Below, in pieces: positions 40,156-50,471 of a stretch of DNA of 64,000 nucleotides. Each line of letters begins with the position of its first letter. Position 1 is the stretch's first letter. The DNA is from Thermomicrobiales bacterium (GTDB lineage Bacteria; Chloroflexota; Chloroflexia; Thermomicrobiales; UBA6265): positions 147,351 to 211,350 of the forward strand of contig JAUJOZ010000002.1 of NCBI GenBank assembly GCA_030447415.1, written 5' to 3'. The notes under the pieces are model-generated. The model saw nothing but the letters and a program-made list of their open reading frames with translations. It was not told the DNA's origin and made no database searches. A program made the position numbers and the translations under genes.

Positions 40156-42485
40156 CAGCCGTCGTCCTCGCCGGGACCGTTCCCGCCGCGCGTAGTGGTG
40201 GCCATGGCGCGGAGGACGCGCTCGGGGGTGAGCGGCAGCTCACGGACCCGGGTGCCGATGGCGCGGGCGACGGCGTTGCCGATGGCGGCCGGGATCGGCG
40301 GCAGCGCGATCTCGCCCACGCCGTGCATGTCGGCGCCGGGTTTCTCCAGCAGGTCGTGGGTGAGCGCCGCCGGAAGATCCATGAACGAGGGGATCAGGTA
40401 GTCGGACAGGTTCGCGTTCGTTGCCTGGCCGCCGTCGTAGACGATCTCCTCGAACAAGGCGCTGCCGAGGCCGAAGACCAGGTTGCCGACGTTCTGGAGC
40501 GCGGCGGTGTGTCGGTTGACCACCTTGCCGGCGTTGACGGCGCCGTGAGCGTGGAGGACGGTCACCTTGCCGGTGAAGGTGTCGACCTCGACCTCGACGG
40601 CGCCGGCGCCCTGGTGCCAGTGGGACGAGGCGATCCCCTGCCCGGTGTCGGGGTCGAGGCCTCCCTCGTTGCGGAACTCGGCGGTCTCGGTCATCTCCTG
40701 GCGGTGGGCACCGCGGACTAGCTCCCCGAAGCTGACCGCGCTCTCCGGCACGCCCGCGACCCGCACCGCGCCGCCGATGACCTCGAGGTCGGCGGGCGCG
40801 GCCTCCAGCCGCTCGGCGGCGAGGGCGATCAGCTGCTGGCGCAGACCGACGGCGGCTCGGGTCACCGCGTTGCCCATCATGAAGGTCGAGCGGCTGGAGG
40901 TCGTCCGGTTGTCGAACGGTGTCCGGGCGGTGTCAGGGTCGACGATGCGAATGTCGTCGTATGCAACGTCAAGCTCCTGAGCGGCGAGCTGGGCGAGGAC
41001 GGTCCGGGCGCCCTGGCCCATCTCCACGGTCGACGAGGCAAGAACGACACGGCCGTCACGGCCGACGCCGACCCGAGCCTCCGACCGGCTGGGGGAGGTC
41101 ATTCCCTTCATCACCAGGGCCAGGCCCTTAGCGCGCACCCGGCCGTCGCCAAAGTCTCGCGCCGCGCCGCCGTCCCAGTCGATGGCCGCCGCCGCGTGGT
41201 CGAGGCACGATTCGAAGCGGACATCGTGCAGCGTTTCACCCGTGGCGAAGGTGTCGCCCTCGCGGAGCAGGTTGCGCCGCCGGAACTCCAGCGGGTCGAT
41301 GCCGAGCCGGTCGGCGGCGATGTCCATCATCGATTCGGAGGCCCACGCCGCCTGGGTGACCGCGTACCCGCGGAAGGCGCCGGCCGGCGGCAGGTTGGTG
41401 TAGACGCAGGCCGAGTCGACGGCGACGGAGGGGATGTTGTAGGGGCCGACAACGCCGAAGCCGCCCTTCTGGGCCACGTTGGGCCCGCAGTCGGCGTACG
41501 CGCCGGTGTCCCAGGAGGCGTGGACCTCCTTGGCGACGATCCGCCCGTCGCGCTTCAGTCCGAGCTTGATCGTGATAACGGTCGCGTGTCGAGTCAGGGT
41601 CAGGAAGACCTCGTCGCGGCGAAGCGCGAGCCGGACCGGCCGCCCAGTGACCCGGGCCAGCAGCGCCGCCTGGGGCTCGATCCGCGGAAACACCTTCGCG
41701 CCGTAGGAGCCGCCGAGGGTATGGGTGAGGATCCGCACCCCCTCCGGTGGCAGGCCGAACAGTGCCGCCAGCATGTCGCGCACGTTGAACGGGGTCTGTG
41801 TCCCGGTGTGGACCGTCAGGCGGTCGCCCTCCCAAGCGGCAAGGGCGACGTGCGGCTCCATCGGGACGTGCTGGATGGCCGGGGTGCGGAAGGTCTCCTC
41901 GACGACGACATCAGCCTGGGTGAGCCTCTGGGGGACGTCGCCGTGGCGGAGGCGAAAGAGGTTGCAGCAGTTCGTCCCGAATTGGGGGCGGATGTCGAAG
42001 TAGAGAGCGGTGCCTTCGCGGTCCTGCTCCTCTTCCGGCCGCAGATCGTGGATCGGCGGCGCGCCCGGCGCGAGCGCGCTGAGCGGGTCGAAGACGGCCG
42101 GCAGCTCGTCGTAGATGACGTCGACGAGCGCGGCGGCCTCCTCGGCCGCCCGCGGGGTCTCGGCGGCGACGAGGGCCACGATGTCCCCGACGTAGCGGAC
42201 CCGGTCGAGCGCGACGACCGGCTGGTCCTTGATCTGGGGGCCGTAGGTCGGCGCCGGCGCCAGATCGGGGTGGGCGCGCAGGTCGTCACCGGCGACGACG
42301 GCGACAACGCCCGGTACTTCTCGCGCCGCCCCCGCGTCCACCGACACGACCCGGGCATGGGCCACCGGGCTGCGGACGACGGCCGCGTGCAGCATCCCCG
42401 GCAACGCCAGGTCCTGGACATACCGGATGGCGGCAGTGACCCGTTCCCGGGCATCGATCATCGGGACCGCGGCGCCGATGGACAT
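40155..42485 (-). CDS. xanthine dehydrogenase-family molybdopterin subunit
   Basis: HVPMEP, GGSYGAK, AFRGY, EMGQG, GVGE. Confidence 0.92.
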   Translation of the reverse strand: MSIGAAVPMIDARERVTAAIRYVQDLALPGMLHAAVVRSPVAHARVVSVDAGAAREVPGVVAVVAGDDLRAHPDLAPAPTYGPQIKDQPVVALDRVRYVGDIVALVAAETPRAAEEAAALVDVIYDELPAVFDPLSALAPGAPPIHDLRPEEEQDREGTALYFDIRPQFGTNCCNLFRLRHGDVPQRLTQADVVVEETFRTPAIQHVPMEPHVALAAWEGDRLTVHTGTQTPFNVRDMLAALFGLPPEGVRILTHTLGGSYGAKVFPRIEPQAALLARVTGRPVRLALRRDEVFLTLTRHATVITIKLGLKRDGRIVAKEVHASWDTGAYADCGPNVAQKGGFGVVGPYNIPSVAVDSACVYTNLPPAGAFRGYAVTQAAWASESMMDIAADRLGIDPLEFRRRNLLREGDTFATGETLHDVRFESCLDHAAAAIDWDGGAARDFGDGRVRAKGLALVMKGMTSPSRSEARVGVGRDGRVVLASSTVEMGQGARTVLAQLAAQELDVAYDDIRIVDPDTARTPFDNRTTSSRSTFMMGNAVTRAAVGLRQQLIALAAERLEAAPADLEVIGGAVRVAGVPESAVSFGELVRGAHRQEMTETAEFRNEGGLDPDTGQGIASSHWHQGAGAVEVEVDTFTGKVTVLHAHGAVNAGKVVNRHTAALQNVGNLVFGLGSALFEEIVYDGGQATNANLSDYLIPSFMDLPAALTHDLLEKPGADMHGVGEIALPPIPAAIGNAVARAIGTRVRELPLTPERVLRAMATTTRGGNGPGEDDG

Positions 42486-42696
42486 GAGTGGTGCCTACCC
42501 CTTCCTGTTCCGTTGCCCCGGCGGCGCCCGCCGTTTGGTGGACAGGTCGTCGTCTCGATCACACCGGCGCGCCCGGGTTGCGGGAGCGACGCCGGGGTCA
42601 CCCGGTTCCCCCATCACCAGGTCAGGCCGGGGACGAGAGTGCGGCAAGCAGCGCGCCGACGGACGTCGCGACGGGCGGGCATCGGTCGCGCCCGCC

Positions 42697-44418
42697 CTAC
42701 GCCGACAGCACCTCGACCTCGCCGGTGCTGCCGTTGACACGGACGCGCATGCCGGTCTGGATCGATTGGGTCGCGTTCATCGTGCCGACGACGGCCGGGA
42801 TCCCGAACTCGCGGGAGACGACGGCCGGGTGCGAGAGCTGGCCGCCGGAGTCGGTGACGAGACCGGCGACTTTGGTGAAGACGACGACCCAGGCCGGGTT
42901 GGTCATCTTGCAGACGAGGACGTCCCCCTGGCGGACCTGGTCGAACTCCTCGGGCGAGCTGACGTTGCGAGCCGGTCCCTCCGCAACCCCCGGCGAAGCG
43001 GGTAGACCCTGCACGACGGTCACCGGTCCCTGCTTCTCCGCCTTCAGCGAGTCGAAAAACTTCTCGGGGTAGCCCCACAACCCCTTGTATGGCTCCCCGT
43101 ACAGCGACCACCGGGTGACGGTGCCGACCCACTCGAGCGGGCGGACGCTCATCGCCTGCTCGCGCTCCTCCCGCCGCTGCCGCACGAGGCCGCGGGCGTC
43201 GACGGCATCGGGGTTGGCGGACAGCACGCGCAGCTCGTGGTAGGTCACGAAGATGGGGTCGTCCGGCTCGTCAAGCCGGTCCAGCTCGACCAGCTTGCGG
43301 CCGATTGCGATCAGGACGTGGCGGACGCGGGCGTAGGTTCCCTGGTCGATGTAGAAGTGGTGATCGGGGGTCAGCGGCATCATCCGCAACATCCCGTCCA
43401 TCGTCCGCTCGACCTTGGCCCGGCCCTCGGCGTTGTCCGTCGGGATCAGCGCCATCAGCTCGGCGATGGCGGCGTCGCGATCCTGGCGGAGCCGGCGGAT
43501 TGCCTCGGGGAAGGAGTAATCGGTCTGGAGGTAGCCCTGGAGAGCGGCAAGGATGGGAGCCGGGTTCTCCCGCCAGGTCGGGTAGATGTATTCGTGGCTG
43601 TAGATCGCCTTGTTGCCATACTCCCGCTTGTACCCGTCGAGCCAGGCCAGGAACTCCCTCCCCGCGTCGCTTTGGTCAAGCACCTGGAGGATCTCACGCG
43701 GAGTTTCCCTGGCGAAGGCAGCCTGGAGGTCGGGATCGGTCTTGATCCGCTCCTTCGCCTGCCAGAGCTCGCGGATCGCGTCCCAGTTCCGGTCATCGTC
43801 GGAGACCATGATCCGGCCGAGGAGGTCGGGATCGACGTCGCCCGCCACCTCCTTGACGGCACCCTGAAAGTTGAGGGTGGCCTGGAACTGGGAGAGGTTG
43901 AGGATCCAGTGGATCCGGAAGTGCCGCTCCTGGATGTCGATGGCGTCCTCGAAGAGGATCATCAGTTCCGGCAGGCTGGCGCTGTCGTAGGGAAAGCCGT
44001 CGAGGTAGTCGAAGTTGCGCAGGATCTCCGGACGCAGCCGGTTCTCCCACCACTCTAGGCCACGCTCGGCGTAGACCGGCATGACCATCCCGTAGTAGGG
44101 AGCGATCTCCTGGGCGTACGTCGGGTCGGGCGGGACGACGGCGGAGAAGACGTACCCCTGCACCTTCTTGGCGAGCCAGTCGACGCCGATGGGGGCGCCA
44201 AAGCGGCGGTAGAGGTAGTCGCAGGTGCTCCACCACCCTCCCAGGTCGAACCACATCGGGGAGATCGGCTGGGGGCAGTGGAGGTCGTCGTACCACCAGT
44301 GCAGCCGCTTCTCAGCCTCGTCACGCCACTCGACGGGATGCTCCTCGTCGCCGAAGAAGGTGGCGAGGACCTCGTCGTCCGCTGCCTGCGGCTGCTGCTC
44401 TGGAGCGTCGGTCGCCAC
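42697..44418 (-). CDS. dikinase subunit: substrate-binding + phospho-His swivel domains (RPH/PpsA-like C-terminal half)
   Basis: GLPASPGVAEG, TNPAW, TDSGGQLSHPAVVSREFGIPAVVG; long helical N-terminal domain; no ATP-grasp. Confidence 0.85.
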   Translation of the reverse strand: MATDAPEQQPQAADDEVLATFFGDEEHPVEWRDEAEKRLHWWYDDLHCPQPISPMWFDLGGWWSTCDYLYRRFGAPIGVDWLAKKVQGYVFSAVVPPDPTYAQEIAPYYGMVMPVYAERGLEWWENRLRPEILRNFDYLDGFPYDSASLPELMILFEDAIDIQERHFRIHWILNLSQFQATLNFQGAVKEVAGDVDPDLLGRIMVSDDDRNWDAIRELWQAKERIKTDPDLQAAFARETPREILQVLDQSDAGREFLAWLDGYKREYGNKAIYSHEYIYPTWRENPAPILAALQGYLQTDYSFPEAIRRLRQDRDAAIAELMALIPTDNAEGRAKVERTMDGMLRMMPLTPDHHFYIDQGTYARVRHVLIAIGRKLVELDRLDEPDDPIFVTYHELRVLSANPDAVDARGLVRQRREEREQAMSVRPLEWVGTVTRWSLYGEPYKGLWGYPEKFFDSLKAEKQGPVTVVQGLPASPGVAEGPARNVSSPEEFDQVRQGDVLVCKMTNPAWVVVFTKVAGLVTDSGGQLSHPAVVSREFGIPAVVGTMNATQSIQTGMRVRVNGSTGEVEVLSA

Positions 44419-44673
44419 GTCGCGTCCTCCTTCGCTCGTTCGTGCTCGGCGGCAGCCGAATGCCGCGGTTTCTCTCGGGAGGCACCCATCCCCGCGTCCG
44501 CGCGGGGTGAGGCCCAGGCGCTCAGCTGGATAAGCGCCCTGACGGGGTCGGATGCCCGGCCGGATCGGCGCCGACCCGCGGTGTCTCATCCGCCGGCCGG
44601 CGCCACGCGGCGCCGGCCGCTCGGTTGAGCGGGGCGCCCCCGTGCTTCGCCATGACCGCGCCCGACTCTCCAG

Positions 44674-44967
44674 CTACGCCGGGTCGATGGTCTCGTAGAA
44701 ATCGCGCTCGCGGCTCTCGAGCATGGGGACGACCCTGCCCAGGATGCTCTCCTTGAACGCGTCCGTCGCCATGTGCGCCTCGTAACCAGCGAGGTCGCGG
44801 TACTGCTCGTAGAGAAGAAACTTGCGGGGGTCGTCCACCGAGCGGTTGACGGTGTAGAGGACGCAGCCGGGCTCGGCACTGGAGATGGGGATCATCTGCT
44901 GGAGGATGGTGGCGACCGCCTCGTCCTTGCCTTCCTGGGTATAGTAGCGCGCCGCGACGACGTACAT
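44674..44967 (-). CDS. ABM / putative quinol monooxygenase
   Basis: SAEPGCVLYTV..FLLYEQY..AHMAT. Confidence 0.85.
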   Translation of the reverse strand: MYVVAARYYTQEGKDEAVATILQQMIPISSAEPGCVLYTVNRSVDDPRKFLLYEQYRDLAGYEAHMATDAFKESILGRVVPMLESRERDFYETIDPA

Positions 44968-45071
44968 ACCGTTGATGCCTCCTTCGCTGGGACCGGCACG
45001 GGGCCGGTTTTCCGGTGGGCGCGCGGTTCGCCGTGCCGCTCCATGGTGAGTGACGTGGCCGAGACAGCAGA

Positions 45072-46059
45072 CTATCCGGGCTTGACCCCCCTCCCGCACG
45101 ACCCGATTCCGCAGGACGCCGATCCCTTCGACCTCCAACTCGACGATGTCGCCCGGCTGCAGCCAGCGGGTCGAGCTCCAGACCGGAGCCACTCGTCACG
45201 GTGCCGGAGCCCCAGAGCTCGCCGGCGTGGATCGTCTCGCTCTGGGAGACGTGCGCGATCAGGTCGGGGAACGAGAACTGGCGACCCCTGGAGTGCCGAC
45301 CAGACCTCGCCGTTGACGCGGGCGACCATCCGCAGGTTGTCGATGTCGATCTCATCCGGGGTGACGAGGTAGGGGCCGACGGCGTTGCCGGTGTCGAAGT
45401 CTTTCCCCTGCTCGGGCCCATGCCGACCGGGGCCTCGCGCATCTGCTGGTCGCGGGCGCTGAAGTCGTTCCAGATGGTGTAGCCGGCGATGTGCCGGGCG
45501 GCGTCGCCCGCCGCGATGTCCTTGCCGCGGCGCCCAATCACCACCCCAACTCCAGCTCGAAGTCAAACTTCTCGCTGTACGGCGGCCAGTGAACGACCGC
45601 GTCCGGCCCGACGACGGTATCAGGGTCGCCCTTGTAGTAGGCCGGTACCTCGTAGAAGGCGGCGGGGACTCGCCGCCGCGGCCGAGAGCCCGGCTCGCCT
45701 GCTTCATGTGTCCTCGAAGGTCAGGAAGTCGCGCATCACCCGCGGTCGGGGGAGGGGAGCGAGGAGGCGGACCTCGTCGGGGGGCGTAGGTCGTGCGGGC
45801 GCCGAAGGCTTCCTCCGTCGTGCCGGCAGCGTCGATGGCCCGCGCCGCCGCCGCCATCCCGAGCGCGCCCGTGCCAAGGAAGAGGACCATGTCGCTCGAT
45901 CAGCAGTGCGGCGAGGCGCTCGGCGTCGCAGCCGGGGTCGGTCCGTTCCAGGTGGGCGGCGTAGGCCGCTTGGAGATCGACGAGTCGGCGGTCCATGGCG
46001 GCGCCGATGCGGCGCAACGGCCCCGCCGGCGTCGGAACCTCGAAGGTCGCCAGCTTCAT
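45072..46059 (-). CDS. fumarylacetoacetate hydrolase-family protein (multiple frameshifts)
   Basis: MKLATF, RDFLTFE, YTIWNDFSARD, GKDFD..GPYLVTPDE, GSGT, LQPGDIVELEVEGIG. Confidence 0.8.
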
Positions 46060-46985
46060 GCGGGCAGCTCCTTTCCGTTCCAGTCCCCTCCGGGCTCGTG
46101 GCCGGCGCGGGATAGCGCGGCCCGTATTGCCCGAGCGACGAAGACACGGATCATGCGGCGGCGGTACCAGGCCGAGCCGCGCAGGTCGGACAGCGGGTCA
46201 ATGGCGGCGGCGTAGGCGTCGGCGACCGCTTCGATCGCCCCGTCGTCGAGAGGGCGGCCGGTAGTGGAGGCGAGCACATCGCCAATCCGCTGGGGCCGCT
46301 CCGCGACGGCGCCGACGACCACTTCAAGTCGCCGGCAGGCACCGTCCGGCGCGAGGTCTACCATCGCGGCGACGCCGACGCAGGGCCGGTCCTCATGCGA
46401 GCGGGAGCGGTACTTGAGGTAGGCGGCGCCGGCCCCGGGTGGCACCGGCGGCACCACGACCTCGGTGATCAACTCGTCCGGCGCGAGGACCGTCTCGTAG
46501 TGTCCGACGATTAGATCGCGCACGAGGATCGGGGCGCTCGCCGCTCGGGCCGACGGCGTGGACCGTCGCGCCGAGCGCGGCGAGGACGGTCGGGGGTCGG
46601 AGGCGTAGTCGGCGTCGGCAAGGTTGCCGCCGACGGTCGCCTGGTGGCGGACGCGGACGTTGGCGACGTCGGCGTAAGTGTCGGCGAGGGCCGACCACCC
46701 CCGTCGCACCAGGGGTGAGCGCTCGACGGCGCGGTGGCGGGTCATGGCCCCCAGCCGCAGACTGCCGTCCGGGTCGATCGCGATCCGGTCGAGGCCGGGG
46801 ACCCGACGCAGGCTGACGAGGACGGACGGAAAGAGCAGTCCCTGCCGCAGGACGAGCGTCAGCCAGGTACCGCCGGCGAGGAGCTTGGCGTCTTCGCCGA
46901 AGGAGGCCAGCACGTCGAGCGTCTCCTCGACGGTTGCGGGCTCGCTCCAGTCGAACTCAGGCATCGGCTGCCTCGAAGGGGCCAC
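46056..46985 (-). CDS. Mo-hydroxylase FAD subunit (CoxM-like; local frameshifts)
   Basis: LLAGGT, VRHQATVGGNL, DLRGSAWYRR. Confidence 0.88.
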   Translation of the reverse strand: MAPSRQPMPEFDWSEPATVEETLDVLASFGEDAKLLAGGTWLTLVLRQGLLFPSVLVSLRRVPGLDRIAIDPDGSLRLGAMTRHRAVERSPLVRRGWSALADTYADVANVRVRHQATVGGNLADADYASDPRPSSPRSARRSTPSARAASAPILVRDLIVGHYETVLAPDELITEVVVPPVPPGAGAAYLKYRSRSHEDRPCVGVAAMVDLAPDGACRRLEVVVGAVAERPQRIGDVLASTTGRPLDDGAIEAVADAYAAAIDPLSDLRGSAWYRRRMIRVFVARAIRAALSRAGHEPGGDWNGKELPA

Positions 46986-47000
46986 AGCGGCAGGGCCGAC

Positions 47001-47481
47001 CTAGCCATCGGTGGCCCCTGCCGCATCGGACGTGGCGAGGACGCGTTCGGCGCAGGCGACGAACTGCTCGCTCATCTTGCGCGCGGTGTCGCGGATGACG
47101 GTTTGGCCGAAACGACCAAGCGCGCCCTGGATGGCGAGGTCCATCGCGTAGGCGACCTCGGTCCTGTCCTCTGAGGCCGGGGCAAGCCGGACCGACACGT
47201 TTGCCTGGACCATGCTGCTGGTGCCGCGATCAGTGCCGCGGGCGACGAGGGCGAGGCGCTCCGGCGGCCGCGCCTCGGCGAGCTCGACCTCCATCGCGAA
47301 GCCTCGCCTTGAGCGGGCCGACCTTGACCTGGATTCGACCGCGATAGTTCTGCCCCTGGTCGTCGACCGGCTCGACGTCGTCGACGCCGGGCATGCACGC
47401 GCTGGAGCGAGGAACGTCGAGGAAGAACGCCCAGACGTCTGCGACCGGGGCGGCGATGGTGAAGCGCTCCTCGATGATCAC
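47001..47481 (-). CDS. CoxG/SRPBCC protein (frameshift near 47300)
   Basis: VWAFFLDV..CMPG..VKVGPLKA, then GALGRFGQTVI. Confidence 0.8.
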
Positions 47482-48087
47482 GGGCGTTCCTCGGAGGTTT
47501 GGCCGGCGGCGGTGGCGCGGGTCGCCTTCGCAGGCGTCGACGCGGGCGACCGCCTCGTACAGCGGGTGGGCCAGCTCGCGCGCCGCCGGGACGCGGATAC
47601 GATCGAGCATGTGCCGGAACTGGGCGCGCACCTCGTCCGGCCCGAGACCGTTCTGGCGGGTCGGGATTCGGGCAAGGAACCGGTCGACGTTGACCTCCAG
47701 GAAGCTGAGGCTGTCGGCGGCCTGGAGGAGGTCGGCCTCCGGCCACCCACCATCCTCGTGGACGGTGATCAGGGCGGTCGTGTCGTGAACGAGTTGCTCG
47801 TCGACGCCCTGCCCGCGCAGCCAATCGCCGACGATCCGGGCCGAGCGCTCGGCGTGGCGGCGCCGGTAGTCGGGGTCGGCCGGGCCTCGACGGGCGTCGA
47901 AGGTGGGAGCATCCGGGGCGGGAAAGTGGCGCTCGATGTCGTGGGTGAGGGCGGCGAGGAGCATCGCGGTCGAGGTCCTCGGCGCGAGGACGCGGAGCCA
48001 GTCGGGCGTGCGCCGCAGGTGGTCAGCGTTCCAATACGGGGCGATCCAGGCGTCGGCGCGGCGAAGGATGTCGGCGTCGGGCGTCAT
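47478..48087 (-). CDS. HD-domain / DUF4202-like protein
   Basis: ADHLRRT, AALTHDIER, HAERSA, HEDGG, LQAADSLSFL. Confidence 0.75.
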
Positions 48088-48240
48088 GGGCGCGTCATCG
48101 GCTGGTCGCCGACGCGCGAGGGGTCGCACCGGCCATCGCCGGCGGCAAGGCGGGACGATGCACCGGGCCTGCGCGGTGCCGGCCGCCAACTCATCTCTGT
48201 GACTAACCGTTCTCCCGACGAGCCCAATCGATACCCTCGG

Positions 48241-49212
48241 TCACAGCGTCGTGATCGGCCGGCTCTGGAGCAGGTAGAGGTGGCCGTCCTCGATGCCCCA
48301 CTCGATGTCCTGGGGGGCGCCGAAGAAGGCCTCGACCCGTTCGCCCAGGGCGACAAGCTCGGCGAGCTCAGCGTCGTCGAGCACCCGAGCCTTGACCCGT
48401 TCGGGGGGCACCTCGGCCTCGATCAGGCCCCCTCGCTCCGGGTCACGGATAAGCATGATCGTCTTGGGCGGGACGAGAGAGCGGACGACGCGGCCGTCCG
48501 GGCGGGCCAGCTGGTAGTTATCGGGGACAACCAGGCCGGAGACGACCGCCTCGCCGAAGCCCCAGGTTGCCTCGACGGTCATCCGGTCGCGGCGACGGCT
48601 CACCGGGTCGGCGGTGAAGAGGACGCCCGACTTCTCGGGGATAACGAGGCGCTGGACGACGACGGCCATTCCCGTGTCGGCGAGCGAGCCCTTGGAGCGA
48701 CGGTAGAAGAGGGTGTGGGCGCCGAAGAAGGAGGCCCAGCAACCGCGCACCCGGTCGATGACCGCCTCATCTCCAACGACGTTGAGGAACGTCTCCTGCT
48801 GGCCGGCGAAGGAGGCGGCCGCCGAGTCCTCGGCGATGGCGCTGGAGCGGACGGCAACCGGCGCGTCCGTGCCGTCCGTGAGGCGGCGGTAGGCCGCGAC
48901 GATCGCCGCTTCGATCTCCGCCGGGAGCGGGAGGTCGCGGATCAGGCGCTGGACCCGTTCCGCCGCCTCATTCAGCGCCGAGGGACGTTCGACGTCGAGC
49001 CCACCGAGGAGGCTGAGGAGGCGCCCGCGGGCCGCATTGGCGTCGAGGAAGCGGGCGAACGCCTCAGCGCAGACGACGAAGCCCGGCGGGACGGCGAGCT
49101 CGGCGACCGTCATCCGGCTCAGGCTGGCGCCCTTGCCGCCGGCGGTCTCGACGACGGCGCAGCCGTCTTCGCCGAACCAGCGGATCGTCGTCGCGGCCTG
49201 GGACGTGACCAT
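48241..49212 (-). CDS. dikinase ATP-grasp subunit (PEP/pyruvate-binding domain only)
   Basis: GGKGASL, AVRSSAIAED..SFAGQQETFLN, GEAVVSG, PQDIEW, LQSRPIT. Confidence 0.9.
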   Translation of the reverse strand: MVTSQAATTIRWFGEDGCAVVETAGGKGASLSRMTVAELAVPPGFVVCAEAFARFLDANAARGRLLSLLGGLDVERPSALNEAAERVQRLIRDLPLPAEIEAAIVAAYRRLTDGTDAPVAVRSSAIAEDSAAASFAGQQETFLNVVGDEAVIDRVRGCWASFFGAHTLFYRRSKGSLADTGMAVVVQRLVIPEKSGVLFTADPVSRRRDRMTVEATWGFGEAVVSGLVVPDNYQLARPDGRVVRSLVPPKTIMLIRDPERGGLIEAEVPPERVKARVLDDAELAELVALGERVEAFFGAPQDIEWGIEDGHLYLLQSRPITTL

Positions 49213-49355
49213 GCGTGCCCCTTTAAATCCTGGTCCTGATATCTACGCCGGCGACGTCTGCATTGCGTCGGCCACGATCATCCCCCGGCGCGGCGCGGGA
49301 GTAGGCGACCGGGCACGCCACGCGGCGCCCGTAGCACCCTCTCAACCCTCAACCC

Positions 49356-50078
49356 TCAGTCCTCGACGATCGCCACCGCGCGGACCGGAGCGGCGGTGGA
49401 GTTGACCCACTTGACCGGGAAGACCGACAGCGTGAAGCCGTGGGGGCGCGGGAGCTGGTCGAGGTTGGCGAGGTTCTCGAGATGGTAGTACTCGCGCTCT
49501 CGCATCACCAGATGGGCTTCCCAGAACTGCTTGCGCTCGAACATCGCCCAGACCGGCGGGTCAAACGTGATCGCATCGGTGCCCATCAGTTTGATCCCCT
49601 GGTCGATTAGCCGGAGGGTGGCCTCGCGGGTCATCCCGGCATGGTCGGTCAGGTAGCGCTCCTCGTCGTTGTAAGTGCTGGCGCCGGTCTGGATGAGGAC
49701 GATATCGAGCGGCTTGAGGGTGTAGTCGATGCGGCGCAGCGCGTCCTGCACCTCGGCGGCGGAGATACCGGCCCCCTTCTCCTTGTGGCGGAAGTCGAGG
49801 ATCACCCCGTCGCCGTAGCAGTACTCAAGCGGGATCCCTTCCGGGCCGGGGGCGTCGTCGTTGAGGTGGCGAAGGGAATCCATGTGGGTGCCGACGTGGT
49901 CGCTGAGCTCGACGCGGTAGGAGGCGGTCAGCCAGGTGGCACCGTGCTGGGCGGCGCCGATCCGCTCGGCGAACTCCTCCCACGTCTCGTACATCTCCAG
50001 CGTCGGTTTGACGATCCGGGGAAAGGTCAGCATGTCGTTGTGGACGGGCATGCTGAGATCGATGAGCGTTCTGGTCAC
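49356..50078 (-). CDS. cyclase-family (kynurenine formamidase-like) metallohydrolase
   Basis: DLS, HVGTHMDSLRH, GTD, ENLANL, APVRAVA. Confidence 0.88.
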   Translation of the reverse strand: MTRTLIDLSMPVHNDMLTFPRIVKPTLEMYETWEEFAERIGAAQHGATWLTASYRVELSDHVGTHMDSLRHLNDDAPGPEGIPLEYCYGDGVILDFRHKEKGAGISAAEVQDALRRIDYTLKPLDIVLIQTGASTYNDEERYLTDHAGMTREATLRLIDQGIKLMGTDAITFDPPVWAMFERKQFWEAHLVMREREYYHLENLANLDQLPRPHGFTLSVFPVKWVNSTAAPVRAVAIVED

Positions 50079-50144
50079 TCGCGTTCCTCCCGTCGCCGCT
50101 CCGAACCCCTGGCCGGCGTTCTACCCCGGGCAGGGCGGGAGGCG

Positions 50145-50172
50145 ATTCTAGAGACGGGGCGAGCGGTGTCAA
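50145..50172 (-). promoter_or_regulatory. sigma70-like promoter of the catabolic operon
   Basis: TTGACA-N16-TAGAAT on the minus strand. Confidence 0.6.
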
Positions 50173-50471
50173 GGCGTGGTGGTCCGCGGTTGGCCGGCGA
50201 CGACCACTGTCCGTTTCCTCCGCCCGGCTGCCCAACACCGAGGCCGTGGCGACGAGCAGGGCGGGCACGACATCGGTGCCCCCGGCGACCGTCGCGACCT
50301 TCAGCCCGACGCGCAGCGCGTCATCGCGGTCGTGCGCTCGTTCGTCAATCCGCTGCCACTAGCCGCTGGCCAGGGAGGACGCTTCGGTGAGGGGTGCCGC
50401 GGAGGACGCCGGGAGGATCGCCCCGCATCGGGGTTGCCCGGCGGGTCATCCTGGCACTGTTCCGAGTCAGA

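Noticed and set aside
39652-47481. Aerobic CO dehydrogenase (coxMSL/G)
   Set aside because: The large subunit has AFRGY, not AYXCSFR (form I) or AYRGAGR (form II); it is a generic Mo-hydroxylase.
42697-49212. Rifampicin phosphotransferase or PEP synthase
   Set aside because: Split into two genes inside a catabolic operon; it lacks the pyruvate-binding barrel of PEP synthase.
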